A DNA stretch of 48,575 bases from the NCBI GenBank assembly GCA_044345055.1, contig JBIJBT010000008.1:1-48575 (forward strand), written 5' to 3'. Source of the DNA: Bdellovibrionota bacterium (GTDB lineage: Bacteria; Bdellovibrionota_C; UBA2361; OMIW01). Shown here piece by piece: positions 19,400-28,793 of the stretch; position 1 is the first letter of the stretch, and each line of letters starts with the position of its first letter. Position numbers and translations under genes: made by a program. The notes under the pieces are model-generated. The model searched no databases. It worked only from the letters and a program-made list of their open reading frames with translations, and was not told the DNA's origin.

Positions 19400-21094
19400 A
19401 TGGCGATACCCACCCTCCCTCGAATTCAACGCGCAGTCAAAAGCATCCGACGGGGCCAGGAGGTCATTCGGGTTCTGTTTAGGCATGGCTTTTCAGAAAC
19501 AGTGCGCGAAACGGGTTTAGCCCGATGGGCCAAAGATCATCTTCAGATGGATCTGCTTATAGAAGAACAATCGGATAGCCATCTTTCTCGAAACCAGCGC
19601 ATCCGACGTGTCCTTGAAGATCTAGGTCCGATTTTTATTAAAATTGGGCAAATGTTGAGTACCCGCCCCGATTTACTCGCCCCAGATCTCGTGGAGGAGT
19701 TAAAAAAATTACAGAGTGATGTTGCTCCGGTGCCGTTTGCGCGGATTAAAGAGGCTCTTGTTCAGGAATTTGGTGATCGATTATCAACTTTATTTTCATC
19801 GATTGATCCAAATTCGATCGGAGCAGCCTCTCTTGCTCAAACTCATCGAGCTAAGCTCGTCACTGGGGAATCTGTTGTCCTCAAGATTCTTCGACCAGGA
19901 ATACGAAGTCAGCTTGAGACCGATATCTCCATACTTCGGGAGATAGCACGGCTTTCGGAGTCGAGATTTTCAAATCTTGGCTTTAGCCCACTGGAAGTGT
20001 GTGCTGAATTCACCGCTGAGCTCGAGAGGGAAATCGATTATCTCCGAGAAGCAAGTTCAACAGAGCGTTTAGCCTCACTCTTTCTCTCCGATCCCGGTAT
20101 CAACTTTCCGAAAGTTTATCGCCACGCCTGTACTGGAAGTGTTCTTACTTTGGAGGAGATTGATGGAATTCTTATCTCTCACTGTACACCATCAATGCTG
20201 GATAAAACGACTAGGCGTAATGTAGTAGAAAATGCAACCAGAGCAGTATTTAAGCAATGCCTCGAGTTTGGTTTTTTTCACGCCGATCCACATCCGGGAA
20301 ATATATTTATAGTTGGAGATGGTGCGATCTGTTTTGTTGATTGTGGAATGACAGGGCATCTTGAGGAGCGAACATCTCAGGATATCGCTCGCCTCTGTAA
20401 TGGAATTGTAAACTCTGATCTTGATGAGATAATCGATGTGATCCGGTCGCTTACCTCGGCGGATCCTGCTTTGATGAGAAGCCGTTCATTCAGAAATGAC
20501 CTATGGCAACTCGTAAGTCAGTTTCAACAAGGGACTCTCGAGAGTTTGAATGTAGGTTCTTTACTCTCTGAATTTTTCTCACTCCTTCGCCGGTATCACA
20601 TTCGGTGTCCGAGCGATTTGGTTTACCTAATTAAGTCACTTACCACTATTGAATCGGTCGCAGCATCAATCGACCCTTCTTTTGATCTTATCACCTATGT
20701 TCAGCCCTATCTTGAACGGCTTATACGACGACGATATAGCGCAAAAGCATTGGCCAACAGAGCCCGAAGAGCAACAGCAGGATATTTGGAATTGTTAGAG
20801 GATTTACCTTCAAATCTCAAAAATCTCATTGAGCAGCTACTAAATGATCGATTTCAGGTTCATCTCGAGCACAGAGGACTTCACGATCTTACTGATACTC
20901 TCATCGTCGTCGGCAAAAAGCTGTCCTCTGCAGTAACGCTAGCCGCACTCCTTGTTGGATCATCCATTCTCATTCTGGCCGATGCGCTCAAAGGAACAGG
21001 ACCTACTATCGCAAGCGCGATTGGAGCGATAGGTTATGCTATTAGCTCGGCAGCTGCTCTGTCGAGCATGATCGCGTTTTGGCGAGGGAAATAG
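19400..21094 (+). CDS. AarF/UbiB/ABC1-family atypical kinase
   Basis: Contains LGPIFIKIGQMLSTRPDL, AASLAQ.H, VLK, FFHADPHPGN and DCGM, plus two C-terminal TM helices. Confidence 0.95.
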   Translation: MAIPTLPRIQRAVKSIRRGQEVIRVLFRHGFSETVRETGLARWAKDHLQMDLLIEEQSDSHLSRNQRIRRVLEDLGPIFIKIGQMLSTRPDLLAPDLVEELKKLQSDVAPVPFARIKEALVQEFGDRLSTLFSSIDPNSIGAASLAQTHRAKLVTGESVVLKILRPGIRSQLETDISILREIARLSESRFSNLGFSPLEVCAEFTAELEREIDYLREASSTERLASLFLSDPGINFPKVYRHACTGSVLTLEEIDGILISHCTPSMLDKTTRRNVVENATRAVFKQCLEFGFFHADPHPGNIFIVGDGAICFVDCGMTGHLEERTSQDIARLCNGIVNSDLDEIIDVIRSLTSADPALMRSRSFRNDLWQLVSQFQQGTLESLNVGSLLSEFFSLLRRYHIRCPSDLVYLIKSLTTIESVAASIDPSFDLITYVQPYLERLIRRRYSAKALANRARRATAGYLELLEDLPSNLKNLIEQLLNDRFQVHLEHRGLHDLTDTLIVVGKKLSSAVTLAALLVGSSILILADALKGTGPTIASAIGAIGYAISSAAALSSMIAFWRGK

Positions 21095-21137
21095 TAGCTC
21101 GCCAAGTTTCAATTACAGCGGATAAAATCTTAAAAAT

Positions 21138-21794
21138 TCAGACCGCCGAGCTCTGCCCCTTACTCGATTCATCTCGCTCTTTATCGAGCTTGTCTGCCGC
21201 TTTCCTCAACGCTGACGCGAGCCACGAAGATGTTGTCGAAGCTGCCTGGACCGCAACAGCTTGGGGTATCTCAACGGCAGCTTGCATAATAGCCTGAACA
21301 AGAGGTGCCATCTTCATTGCAATACGACCGAAGTGAAGTCGAAGATCTGAAGCCTGAATACGGGCTTCAGATCCAAATTGACCAGCGTATTGTGAGACAA
21401 TTTCGCTAAATAATTGGGCAAGACTAAAGAGCTCTGACGCGAAATCTCGGACCTCTTCGCCAGCGACACGTTCTCCACGAGCTGCTGCTTCTTTAACGGT
21501 AAGCTGTATCGCGGTGAGAATCGAGACGAAAACTTCCTCAAGTTGAACGAGGACCCCCTCTAAACGCTCCCGCTGTTCGCCCGGAGCAGCATTGACGACA
21601 CCCTTAAGAGCTCCCTCAACAACACCCGCTAAAATCCCCGGTAAACCGACAAGAGTTCCGCTACCTTCAGCAATTGCGCGGTGAATAACAGATGTAATTC
21701 GTTTTGCGACATCCTTCCCGTCGCGCACAATACCGGCAACCTCATCACGAAGATCTGCCCGCGAATTTTCCACTCTGTCTGAATCGTGATTCAT
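21138..21794 (-). CDS. Hypothetical Ala-rich amphipathic helical protein
   Basis: ORF downstream of prfB. SD AAGGGG favours the ATG at 21794 over the track's TTG at 21815. Confidence 0.7.
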   Translation of the reverse strand: MNHDSDRVENSRADLRDEVAGIVRDGKDVAKRITSVIHRAIAEGSGTLVGLPGILAGVVEGALKGVVNAAPGEQRERLEGVLVQLEEVFVSILTAIQLTVKEAAARGERVAGEEVRDFASELFSLAQLFSEIVSQYAGQFGSEARIQASDLRLHFGRIAMKMAPLVQAIMQAAVEIPQAVAVQAASTTSSWLASALRKAADKLDKERDESSKGQSSAV

Positions 21795-21851
21795 ATTGTT
21801 CCCCTTCAAAAACAATCTTCACTGACCGCCAAATGGCGGTACTCATCGTCG

Positions 21852-22965
21852 CTAAAGCCCACCCAACAGGTAAGCTTCAATAAATCCGTCGAGCTCACCA
21901 TCGAGCACTCCATCAATATCTGATGTTTCGTGCTGTGTTCGGAGATCTTTTACCATCTGATACGGCTGCATAACATAAGAACGAACCTGGCTACCAAAAT
22001 CAATCGCCTGACGAGCTCCCTTAACCTGTTCGAGCTTCTGATCTCGAATTAGTCTCTCACGCTCAAAAAGCTTTGCTTTGAGAACCTTCATCGCACGCGC
22101 TTTATTTTTATGTTGCGAGCGCTCGTTTTGACATGCAACAACGATTCCCGTTGGAAGATGAGTTATCCGAACTGCTGAATCAGTTTTATTAACGTGCTGT
22201 CCACCAGCTCCTGAAGAACGATAGGTATCAATTTTAAGGTCACCGTCGGCGATCTCTATCTCAATTTCCTCCTCGATATCGGGCGCAACCGTCACAGATG
22301 CAAATGAGGTGTGTCGGCGGGCGTTCGAATCAAAGGGGGAAATCCGAACCAATCGATGGACCCCAGCTTCGCCTCGCAGATGCCCGTACGCGAAAGCTCC
22401 CTTTACCAAAACAGTTGCGTTTTTTATTCCTGCGACCTCTCCTGGCTGATAGTCGAGCTCCTCGAGAGAAAACCCCTTTTTTTCGGCCCATCTGGTGTAC
22501 ATTCGGAGAAGCATCAGAGCCCAATCCTGAGCCTCGGTACCGCCGGACCCTCCGTTAAATTCGACAATTGCATCTGCCTTATCGAACTCACCCCTCATTT
22601 TACAACGAAACTCAAGAGCACCGATATCATGCTCAAGTCTCTCTAAAAGCCGAAGTGTTTCAGCACAGAACTCTTGATCTTGCGATTCAACGGCAAGCTC
22701 GAGCGATGCCTGCGCATCGCCAGCTATCGCCTCTATCGATGCAATAACTGCTACACCCTCTTTCAGTTCTGCAACCTCCCGCATAACCTCTCGAGCTTTG
22801 TCCTGATCGTCCCAAAGGGACTCTCCCTGAACACGAGCCTCAAGCTCAGCTATCCTCTCCTTTTTTCTATCAAGGTCAAAGATACCCCCTCAGAGCCTCT
22901 ATGCGGCCCTGATAGTTGAGGAGCTTTCCTTTTATTTCGGAGGGCTCAAATAGTGCAATTGCCAT
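21852..22965 (-). CDS. prfB: Peptide chain release factor 2 with programmed +1 frameshift (about 370 aa)
   Basis: ATG at 22965 (SD GGAG) gives 29 codons MAIALF...RGYL, then CTT-TGA-C. The +1 frame continues DLDREKE...LWDD into the SPF and GGQ motifs. Confidence 0.97.
22875..22890 (-). promoter_or_regulatory. prfB programmed ribosomal frameshift site
   Basis: AGGGGG-TAT-CTT-TGA-C: internal SD followed by the slippery CUU-UGA-C. Confidence 0.97.
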
Positions 22966-23269
22966 ACGTTATCTCCACCTCTCCTGAAATAAACAGCTCT
23001 TAGCTAACCTAATTTCTTTTGATTAAGAGGTTTTTTTGATTAAAAACCGACAAATCATCTAATTAAAAATTACTCAGGCCCCATTCTCCACCAGGACATC
23101 TTCCTTGGTCAACGGATTCAGCATACTTCAAGAACGCTGAACCTAAGAATATCTCCTACGAAAAAAAGATATTTTAAAAAAGAAGACTCAGAGTATCTAG
23201 TAAGAATACCTTTTGCTCGATAGTCATGTCAGATGGTTGATTAAAGGTTTAAATTGAGGAGATTAAGAA

Positions 23270-23767
23270 ATGAAAGGAATCAACCGGGGCCAACGCGGAA
23301 TGACACTAGTTGAGGTCATGGCAACGGTAATGCTTTTTGGATCTCTGGTTGGCATAGGGCTCGTTGGGCTCTCTAGCTTGAATGACTCTTTTAGGTCGGC
23401 ACAAACCCGTGAACAGCTTCGAGCCGATATCTTGACGGCGAGGATGAAGGCTCTCTCTGAAAGAACCCGTATAATCATGACAACAACACTCGATGGATAC
23501 GAAGTTGGGTATGATTATCCGCCATATTCGCTGAGTGGAACGATCGATCCACAGAGCCCAATCATCATAAGCCGCGACCTCGGCAAAGACTTAAGTCTTC
23601 AGCTCGAGCAAGATGGTTATCTTACCATCGATTCTCGCGGAAACCCTATTGACGATGAGAGTAGCGAACTCACTTCGGCATCATTTCAACTCACAAAACG
23701 GGGTAACACTATCTTTCAGGGGACCATACTCCCAACTGGAACTATCGATGAAGGGGGAGTCGAGTGA
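23270..23767 (+). CDS. Minor pilin/pseudopilin, FimT/FimU/GspH-like
   Basis: Class III signal RGQRG|MTLVE followed by a hydrophobic helix; AR..AL motif; SD GAGGAG. Confidence 0.88.
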   Translation: MKGINRGQRGMTLVEVMATVMLFGSLVGIGLVGLSSLNDSFRSAQTREQLRADILTARMKALSERTRIIMTTTLDGYEVGYDYPPYSLSGTIDPQSPIIISRDLGKDLSLQLEQDGYLTIDSRGNPIDDESSELTSASFQLTKRGNTIFQGTILPTGTIDEGGVE

Positions 23768-24159
23768 TGGTAAAGATTAATCGAGGAGAGAGAGGTTTCT
23801 CCCTGATAGAGATGATGACTGCGATTACACTTTTAAGCGTTCTCTCGCTCGCGGTTTTTAATGGATTCGGCACAGCCACCCAAGTAATACGGATTTCGGA
23901 TAGCTCCTCGGTTCAGAGTCAGTTAGCGCTATCTAAATTGGAGGAACTCGCCGCAGTCCCAGCAAGCAAATTGGCATCGGGTGAGGTAAAAGAATCACCC
24001 ATATCAGTCCGAGGAATGACATTTGAACGAACTACCACAATAGCGGCGCTTGGACCGGAAGGCCGTCAGTTAAAGGTTACTGTAATTAACACAACAAATG
24101 GATCGAATGTCGCCCCAATATCGTATGAGAGTGTTTTGAATCCTTGGGGGCTGCGATGA
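23764..24159 (+). CDS. Minor pilin, PilV/GspI-like
   Basis: RGERG|FSLIE signal and LA.SKLEEL motif; 131 aa. Confidence 0.88.
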   Translation: MMVKINRGERGFSLIEMMTAITLLSVLSLAVFNGFGTATQVIRISDSSSVQSQLALSKLEELAAVPASKLASGEVKESPISVRGMTFERTTTIAALGPEGRQLKVTVINTTNGSNVAPISYESVLNPWGLR

Positions 24160-25040
24160 AATTCCAAAAGCAAAGCAAATTGAATTTCTCGGAGCAGCGC
24201 GGCGATACCCTTATCGGATTTCTTGTTGCAGCGCTCATCGGAACATTCGTTATTACTGCGACGGCATCGAGTTTTACGACCGGGGTGAGGTCGGTATGGG
24301 ATCGCATCACGATCGCGGAGGCAAATAATCAGGCACGCGCTCTATCCCATATTATCTCGTCAGATCTTCGGGTGATTGGGTCAGGTATGCCACTCGGTTC
24401 ACCCCGATTCAATCCATTCGATCCACAGGTCGGGGATGCTGCTCTTCCTATTCTTCCGTATGCGGATGCGACAAATATAACCTACAGGGTAAATAAAAGT
24501 GGAAGATATGGAAGCCTCACTGCTCCATTCGATCCCTCTTTTGAGAGAACTATTAGTGTTACGTCAACAGAAGGGTTTAGACCCGATTCTTGGCTTTACA
24601 TTTCGAACATCAGTAGTGAGTTTTCGCAAAGCTCTCTTATCTCGGGATTAAGAGCGAGAATTACCAGTGTCGGAGATAACTCAATCGGAGTTTCGGATGT
24701 CTCCACAAATGAGGGAGCAGTATTCAAGTGGGGCAGTATCGCGGAGATCGTTGATGAAGTCGTTCTCGACTGCGCGAATGTAGAGGGCATATCTCGCGAT
24801 ACCGGAAGCGGTCCTATAATTCTCTATCCTCATAGTAGCTGCACTTTTACTTATCTCGACACCGAACATAACGAACTACCCTATCCTCTAACCACTGATG
24901 CAATTCAATCTCTAGTCCAGAGTATTCGGGTGACTATATCAGTTCCCGGTAGGCGACGACTGCAGAGCGGAAATGCTTATACAGCGCAGGTAACTGAAAC
25001 GATAGCTCTTCGAAATATAATTTTGGCGAGGAATCAATGA
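24156..25040 (+). CDS. Minor pilin, PilW/GspJ-like
   Basis: ATG at 24156 overlaps the upstream stop (ATGA). Contains SEQRG|DTLIG, ISSDLR..GS and C-terminal IALRN. Confidence 0.8.
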   Translation: MKFQKQSKLNFSEQRGDTLIGFLVAALIGTFVITATASSFTTGVRSVWDRITIAEANNQARALSHIISSDLRVIGSGMPLGSPRFNPFDPQVGDAALPILPYADATNITYRVNKSGRYGSLTAPFDPSFERTISVTSTEGFRPDSWLYISNISSEFSQSSLISGLRARITSVGDNSIGVSDVSTNEGAVFKWGSIAEIVDEVVLDCANVEGISRDTGSGPIILYPHSSCTFTYLDTEHNELPYPLTTDAIQSLVQSIRVTISVPGRRRLQSGNAYTAQVTETIALRNIILARNQ

Positions 25041-26683
25041 CAACACCGAAAAAACTCGATTCAGAAAAAGGTAATAGTAGACTATTTTTGCCAAAAAAAT
25101 CCAAAAATGATTCTACTAGAAGTGAGAAAGGATTTGTGCTGATAGGTGTGCTCGTTCTCCTGACAGCTGCACTATTTCTCACCGGCGCAGCGCTCACATA
25201 TGCATCAAATTCTCGGGTCGCTGTTGCAGCTACTCGAGAATCTGACTTCGAATATCTTGACGCAGAATCAACAGCTCAAGAGGCATTTTCATGGTTAAAT
25301 CAATATTCTGCTGACTGGGGGGCTCTTTTTAGTGGGGGAGTTTTTACTACAACATTTACCAGAAGTGCTGTCCCATCGATCGGTAGTAACGATAGCGGGC
25401 CGCTTCCAATACCAACCAGGATTAAGGTAATCGGGACAAACAACTCGTTAATACTAAACAAAAATGAAGATGTTTTTGGCCCTGCCGTTTTTCCTCCAAC
25501 TGCCAACCTTATCTCGGGTGTTCCCTTCCAGGCGATTAGCCGATTCGCTGCAACTGAATTTCGCAGAGGTCTTCCCCGAATCACTCTTGTTGATGCGATA
25601 CCGCTTGATCCAGGAAATCTATCTGCAACCGAGTACTCACCGGTTTTTAGAATAGATGCCATACGCGCCCCGAATAGAGGAGGGCATGTCGCGATGTATG
25701 TCACAGGAAAAATGCAAACGGCATCCGGTTCGGGATTTGTGGGTAGAAGCTATATTGAAATGCGGCAGTCGTGTGATTCATATCAATCTTCCCAATCGTT
25801 CCCAAATTACTTGACCAGCAGGAGGAGAGCAAATTGTCCGATATCCTCGGAAGGGACCATCAACATCCACTCAAATACGACGATTTTTGGGTCGGCAACA
25901 ACAAAGGGATCGCTAGCAACCTCAAGCCCGTGGGGGGGGGCGCTGTGTGCGTCTTTTGCGTCGGGCTGCCCTGTAAAGGGTACAGTTTGCGCGAACGCAT
26001 CATGCTCTACTCCAGTTGTTAAATTGACACCATCTTCGTTTGCCGCTGCATGTCCAAATAGCGGCGCTAATCTGACAATATCCTCAGGGAATAGCGATTC
26101 AACCGCATGGACCATTGAATCAACCAAAACCGCAAACCCGAGTACTAATACCCCAACAGGTGTTCCATCAAAAACATACCGGAATAACTGTTGGAACGCT
26201 CTAAAAGTGAACGCAGGTAACTGGGTGCGATTCCGCGCAGGGCTGAACGGCAGTGCACCGACCGCCTTCTACATAAAGCAGCTCGACCTCGCGAACAACT
26301 CAACAATTCTTTTCGATGATAATGGTGGAAAGCAAATCACTCTGTATGTCGAGCAGATAGTCGGAAACTCCTATAACGGAAACCAAATAGGTGGAATTAA
26401 AAATAAATCCGCTGGGACGATGGTTGCTCCCAATATGTTGAAGGTCAATTACTGGGGAAGTAATCCTTTAACTCTCAACGGAACGGCGACGATTAATTCT
26501 TTTCTCGTTGCTCCGAATGCAGCGGTAAATATATCCGGAAACTTCACCTACAACGGCGGGATCATGGCCGATCGACTCACCGCGACTGGCTCGGGTGCTC
26601 TGCATTATGATGAAACGGGTGGAAACGCGGTGAATGTTGATATGCAGTTACGTCTACGTTCGATTAATGAATATTATAGATAA
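25037..26683 (+). CDS. PilX/GspK-like pilin with a large Cys-containing, Asn/Gly/Thr-rich C-terminal domain
   Basis: SEKG|FVLIG with no Glu5, as typical of PilX/GspK; AES motif; C-terminal APNAAV..SGN...GGI...LHYD. Confidence 0.8.
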   Translation: MTTPKKLDSEKGNSRLFLPKKSKNDSTRSEKGFVLIGVLVLLTAALFLTGAALTYASNSRVAVAATRESDFEYLDAESTAQEAFSWLNQYSADWGALFSGGVFTTTFTRSAVPSIGSNDSGPLPIPTRIKVIGTNNSLILNKNEDVFGPAVFPPTANLISGVPFQAISRFAATEFRRGLPRITLVDAIPLDPGNLSATEYSPVFRIDAIRAPNRGGHVAMYVTGKMQTASGSGFVGRSYIEMRQSCDSYQSSQSFPNYLTSRRRANCPISSEGTINIHSNTTIFGSATTKGSLATSSPWGGALCASFASGCPVKGTVCANASCSTPVVKLTPSSFAAACPNSGANLTISSGNSDSTAWTIESTKTANPSTNTPTGVPSKTYRNNCWNALKVNAGNWVRFRAGLNGSAPTAFYIKQLDLANNSTILFDDNGGKQITLYVEQIVGNSYNGNQIGGIKNKSAGTMVAPNMLKVNYWGSNPLTLNGTATINSFLVAPNAAVNISGNFTYNGGIMADRLTATGSGALHYDETGGNAVNVDMQLRLRSINEYYR

Positions 26684-26692
26684 GGTGTGTAT

Positions 26693-27121
26693 ATGCGAAT
26701 AATTCTCAATATAGCGCTATTTTGTTCAATAATATCTGCAATTAATCCGAGCTTGGCTGAAGATATTGTCACTGATGGCGCACCACCGCCCGATGAATTA
26801 CAGGCAATCAGCCAGGACGTTGCAAATACTCTCAATCCTGAGGCTACAACTCCGGGCCAACTTTCGCAGGTGGGGGTTATTCGACTCGATCGCGCAGACG
26901 AACGTACCGTTCTCGTTTATAAGTCTGGTACTTTTTCCGATAAAATAGATCTAGTAGCAGATGAATCTGGATGTTTTAGCGGTGATGGACTCGCTGCTCA
27001 GGTAACTTTTTGCGACTCTCAGAGAGCCTCTTTTGTCGTGCGAGGTGGACCAGCCCTTACCTGTCCGCATCACTCGAGTATATTTTTTGGTCCCTGCGAG
27101 GTGAGGGGAGAGGGGGAGTAG
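26693..27121 (+). CDS. Small secreted hypothetical protein with four Cys in the mature part
   Basis: Sec-type signal peptide ending SLA|ED; follows the pilin cluster; start 26693 or 26687. Confidence 0.7.
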   Translation: MRIILNIALFCSIISAINPSLAEDIVTDGAPPPDELQAISQDVANTLNPEATTPGQLSQVGVIRLDRADERTVLVYKSGTFSDKIDLVADESGCFSGDGLAAQVTFCDSQRASFVVRGGPALTCPHHSSIFFGPCEVRGEGE

Positions 27122-27136
27122 GAGGTTGCAGGCCTG

Positions 27137-27682
27137 TTACGAATCTCGATGCCCTCGCCCGAGTAATGATTCGCCAAGCTCTCGGAGCTCCGCGAAGACA
27201 GACTCCTCCGAACGTCGCATCTTTTGGGCTACCGATCGGGTAACCCCTTCGTGATCAAATCCAAGAAGGTGATGAATACCGTGGATCAGCAACCGAACTA
27301 ATTCCTCTGCGTAGGTCGTTCCGTAGCGAGCATGTTGGCGAGCCGCCGTCTCAAGTGAAATAACCACATCACCAAGCGATGGAGTGTCGCTCTCCCCATC
27401 GCCTAGAGCAAACGAGAGAACATCGGTAGGTTTATCTTTGGCTCTGTAATCGCGATTCAAGTCCTGAATAAAGTGGTCATCACAGAACAGAATACTAAGT
27501 GCCAGCTCGGGTGGCACCTCCTCAGGATACAGAGGTGAAGATTCAATTCGATAAAAAATCTCCCGAACAAGAGTCTTGACCTCACGCTTTCGAATTCGGG
27601 AGCGGTTTGGTTCTTCTGAAACAAGGACCGAAACACGGAGCTGGTTCGCCGGTTTTTTTTGGCTTTTACTAAGGGGTTTCAC
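27137..27682 (-). CDS. ybeY: rRNA maturation endoribonuclease YbeY
   Basis: Contains LNRDYR.KDKPTDVLSF, LGDVVIS and HGIHHLLGFDH. GTG at 27682 with SD GGGAG is preferred over the track start. Confidence 0.95.
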   Translation of the reverse strand: MKPLSKSQKKPANQLRVSVLVSEEPNRSRIRKREVKTLVREIFYRIESSPLYPEEVPPELALSILFCDDHFIQDLNRDYRAKDKPTDVLSFALGDGESDTPSLGDVVISLETAARQHARYGTTYAEELVRLLIHGIHHLLGFDHEGVTRSVAQKMRRSEESVFAELRELGESLLGRGHRDS

Positions 27683-28667
27683 GAGCCTGCTCCCTACGGT
27701 CGTATGCCTGAATAATTCGCGAAACCAATGGATGTCTAATAACATCCTCATCAGTAAATCTCACAACGCCTATTCCATCAACCGAGTGTAGAGTTTGGAG
27801 AGCATCGACTAACCCAGACATCTGACCTCGGGGAAGATCGATCTGAGTGACATCCCCCGTCACAAAACACTTCGATCCAAACCCAAGACGGGTGAGCAAC
27901 ATCTTCATCTGACCAGGTGTTGTATTCTGAGCCTCATCAAGAATTACAAATGAGCTATTCAGTGTTCGCCCGCGCATAAAGGCAAGCGGCGCGACCTCAA
28001 CGATTCCGCGCTCAACGAGCTCTTTGGCTCGCTCAAAATCAACCATATCGTGAAGAGCATCATAGAGCGGGCGAAGATATGGGTTTACTTTCTCCGCCAT
28101 ATCGCCTGGCAAGAATCCCAATTTTTCTCCAGCCTCGACCGCTGGTCGGCACAAAACAACTCGCTTCACCTGCTTTTTCATCAGCGCCGAAACTGCCATA
28201 GCCATCGCAAGATAGGTTTTCCCTGTTCCCGCTGGCCCAACCCCAAACACAACATCGTAGCTTTCCGCTGACTCGATATACTGCTTTTGCTTGAAGGTTT
28301 TCGGAACAATCGGGTGTTTTCTGCCCGATATCTTTACCTGATCGCGAAAAAGCTCGGAGAGCCGAAGTTTGCGATTTTGTGAGAGCATTTTGATTGCTCG
28401 CTCGATATCTGAAGCCCAGATATGCTCGCCCTGCTCAAAAAGCTCTTTAAGTTGCCCGAGAAGATCTCGCGCGAGCTCGACCTCTGAATCGTTTCCTCGA
28501 ATAACGAGGCTCGATCCATCCCGCCCGATCTCAACATCGAGTAGTCGTCGTATCGTTTGAAGGTGAGCATCTTGCTCGCCAACCAGATGTTGCAACACCG
28601 ATGTGTCATCAACTGTTAAAACTGCCTCAGCTCGCTGACCCTTCGGATAGTTACTTCGCTTTGTCAC
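27669..28667 (-). CDS. phoH: PhoH-like ATPase (YbeZ type)
   Basis: Contains GPAGTGKTYLA, RPAVEAGEKLGFLPG, MRGRT, DEAQN and GDVTQIDLP; paired with ybeY. Confidence 0.96.
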   Translation of the reverse strand: MTKRSNYPKGQRAEAVLTVDDTSVLQHLVGEQDAHLQTIRRLLDVEIGRDGSSLVIRGNDSEVELARDLLGQLKELFEQGEHIWASDIERAIKMLSQNRKLRLSELFRDQVKISGRKHPIVPKTFKQKQYIESAESYDVVFGVGPAGTGKTYLAMAMAVSALMKKQVKRVVLCRPAVEAGEKLGFLPGDMAEKVNPYLRPLYDALHDMVDFERAKELVERGIVEVAPLAFMRGRTLNSSFVILDEAQNTTPGQMKMLLTRLGFGSKCFVTGDVTQIDLPRGQMSGLVDALQTLHSVDGIGVVRFTDEDVIRHPLVSRIIQAYDRREQARETP

Positions 28668-28793
28668 ACTAGCTCCCTGGTTCTGACGTTATCGGCCTTA
28701 TCTGCCCGAACGAACTCGCATCGGACTCACCCCTATCTTCGCAATCGCTCCCCTCTGATGTAAAGATAGAGACTTTGCGAGTTCATCGCATCG

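Noticed and set aside
21852..22784. prfB as a truncated gene or pseudogene
   Set aside because: Explained by the canonical programmed frameshift at 22875-22890.
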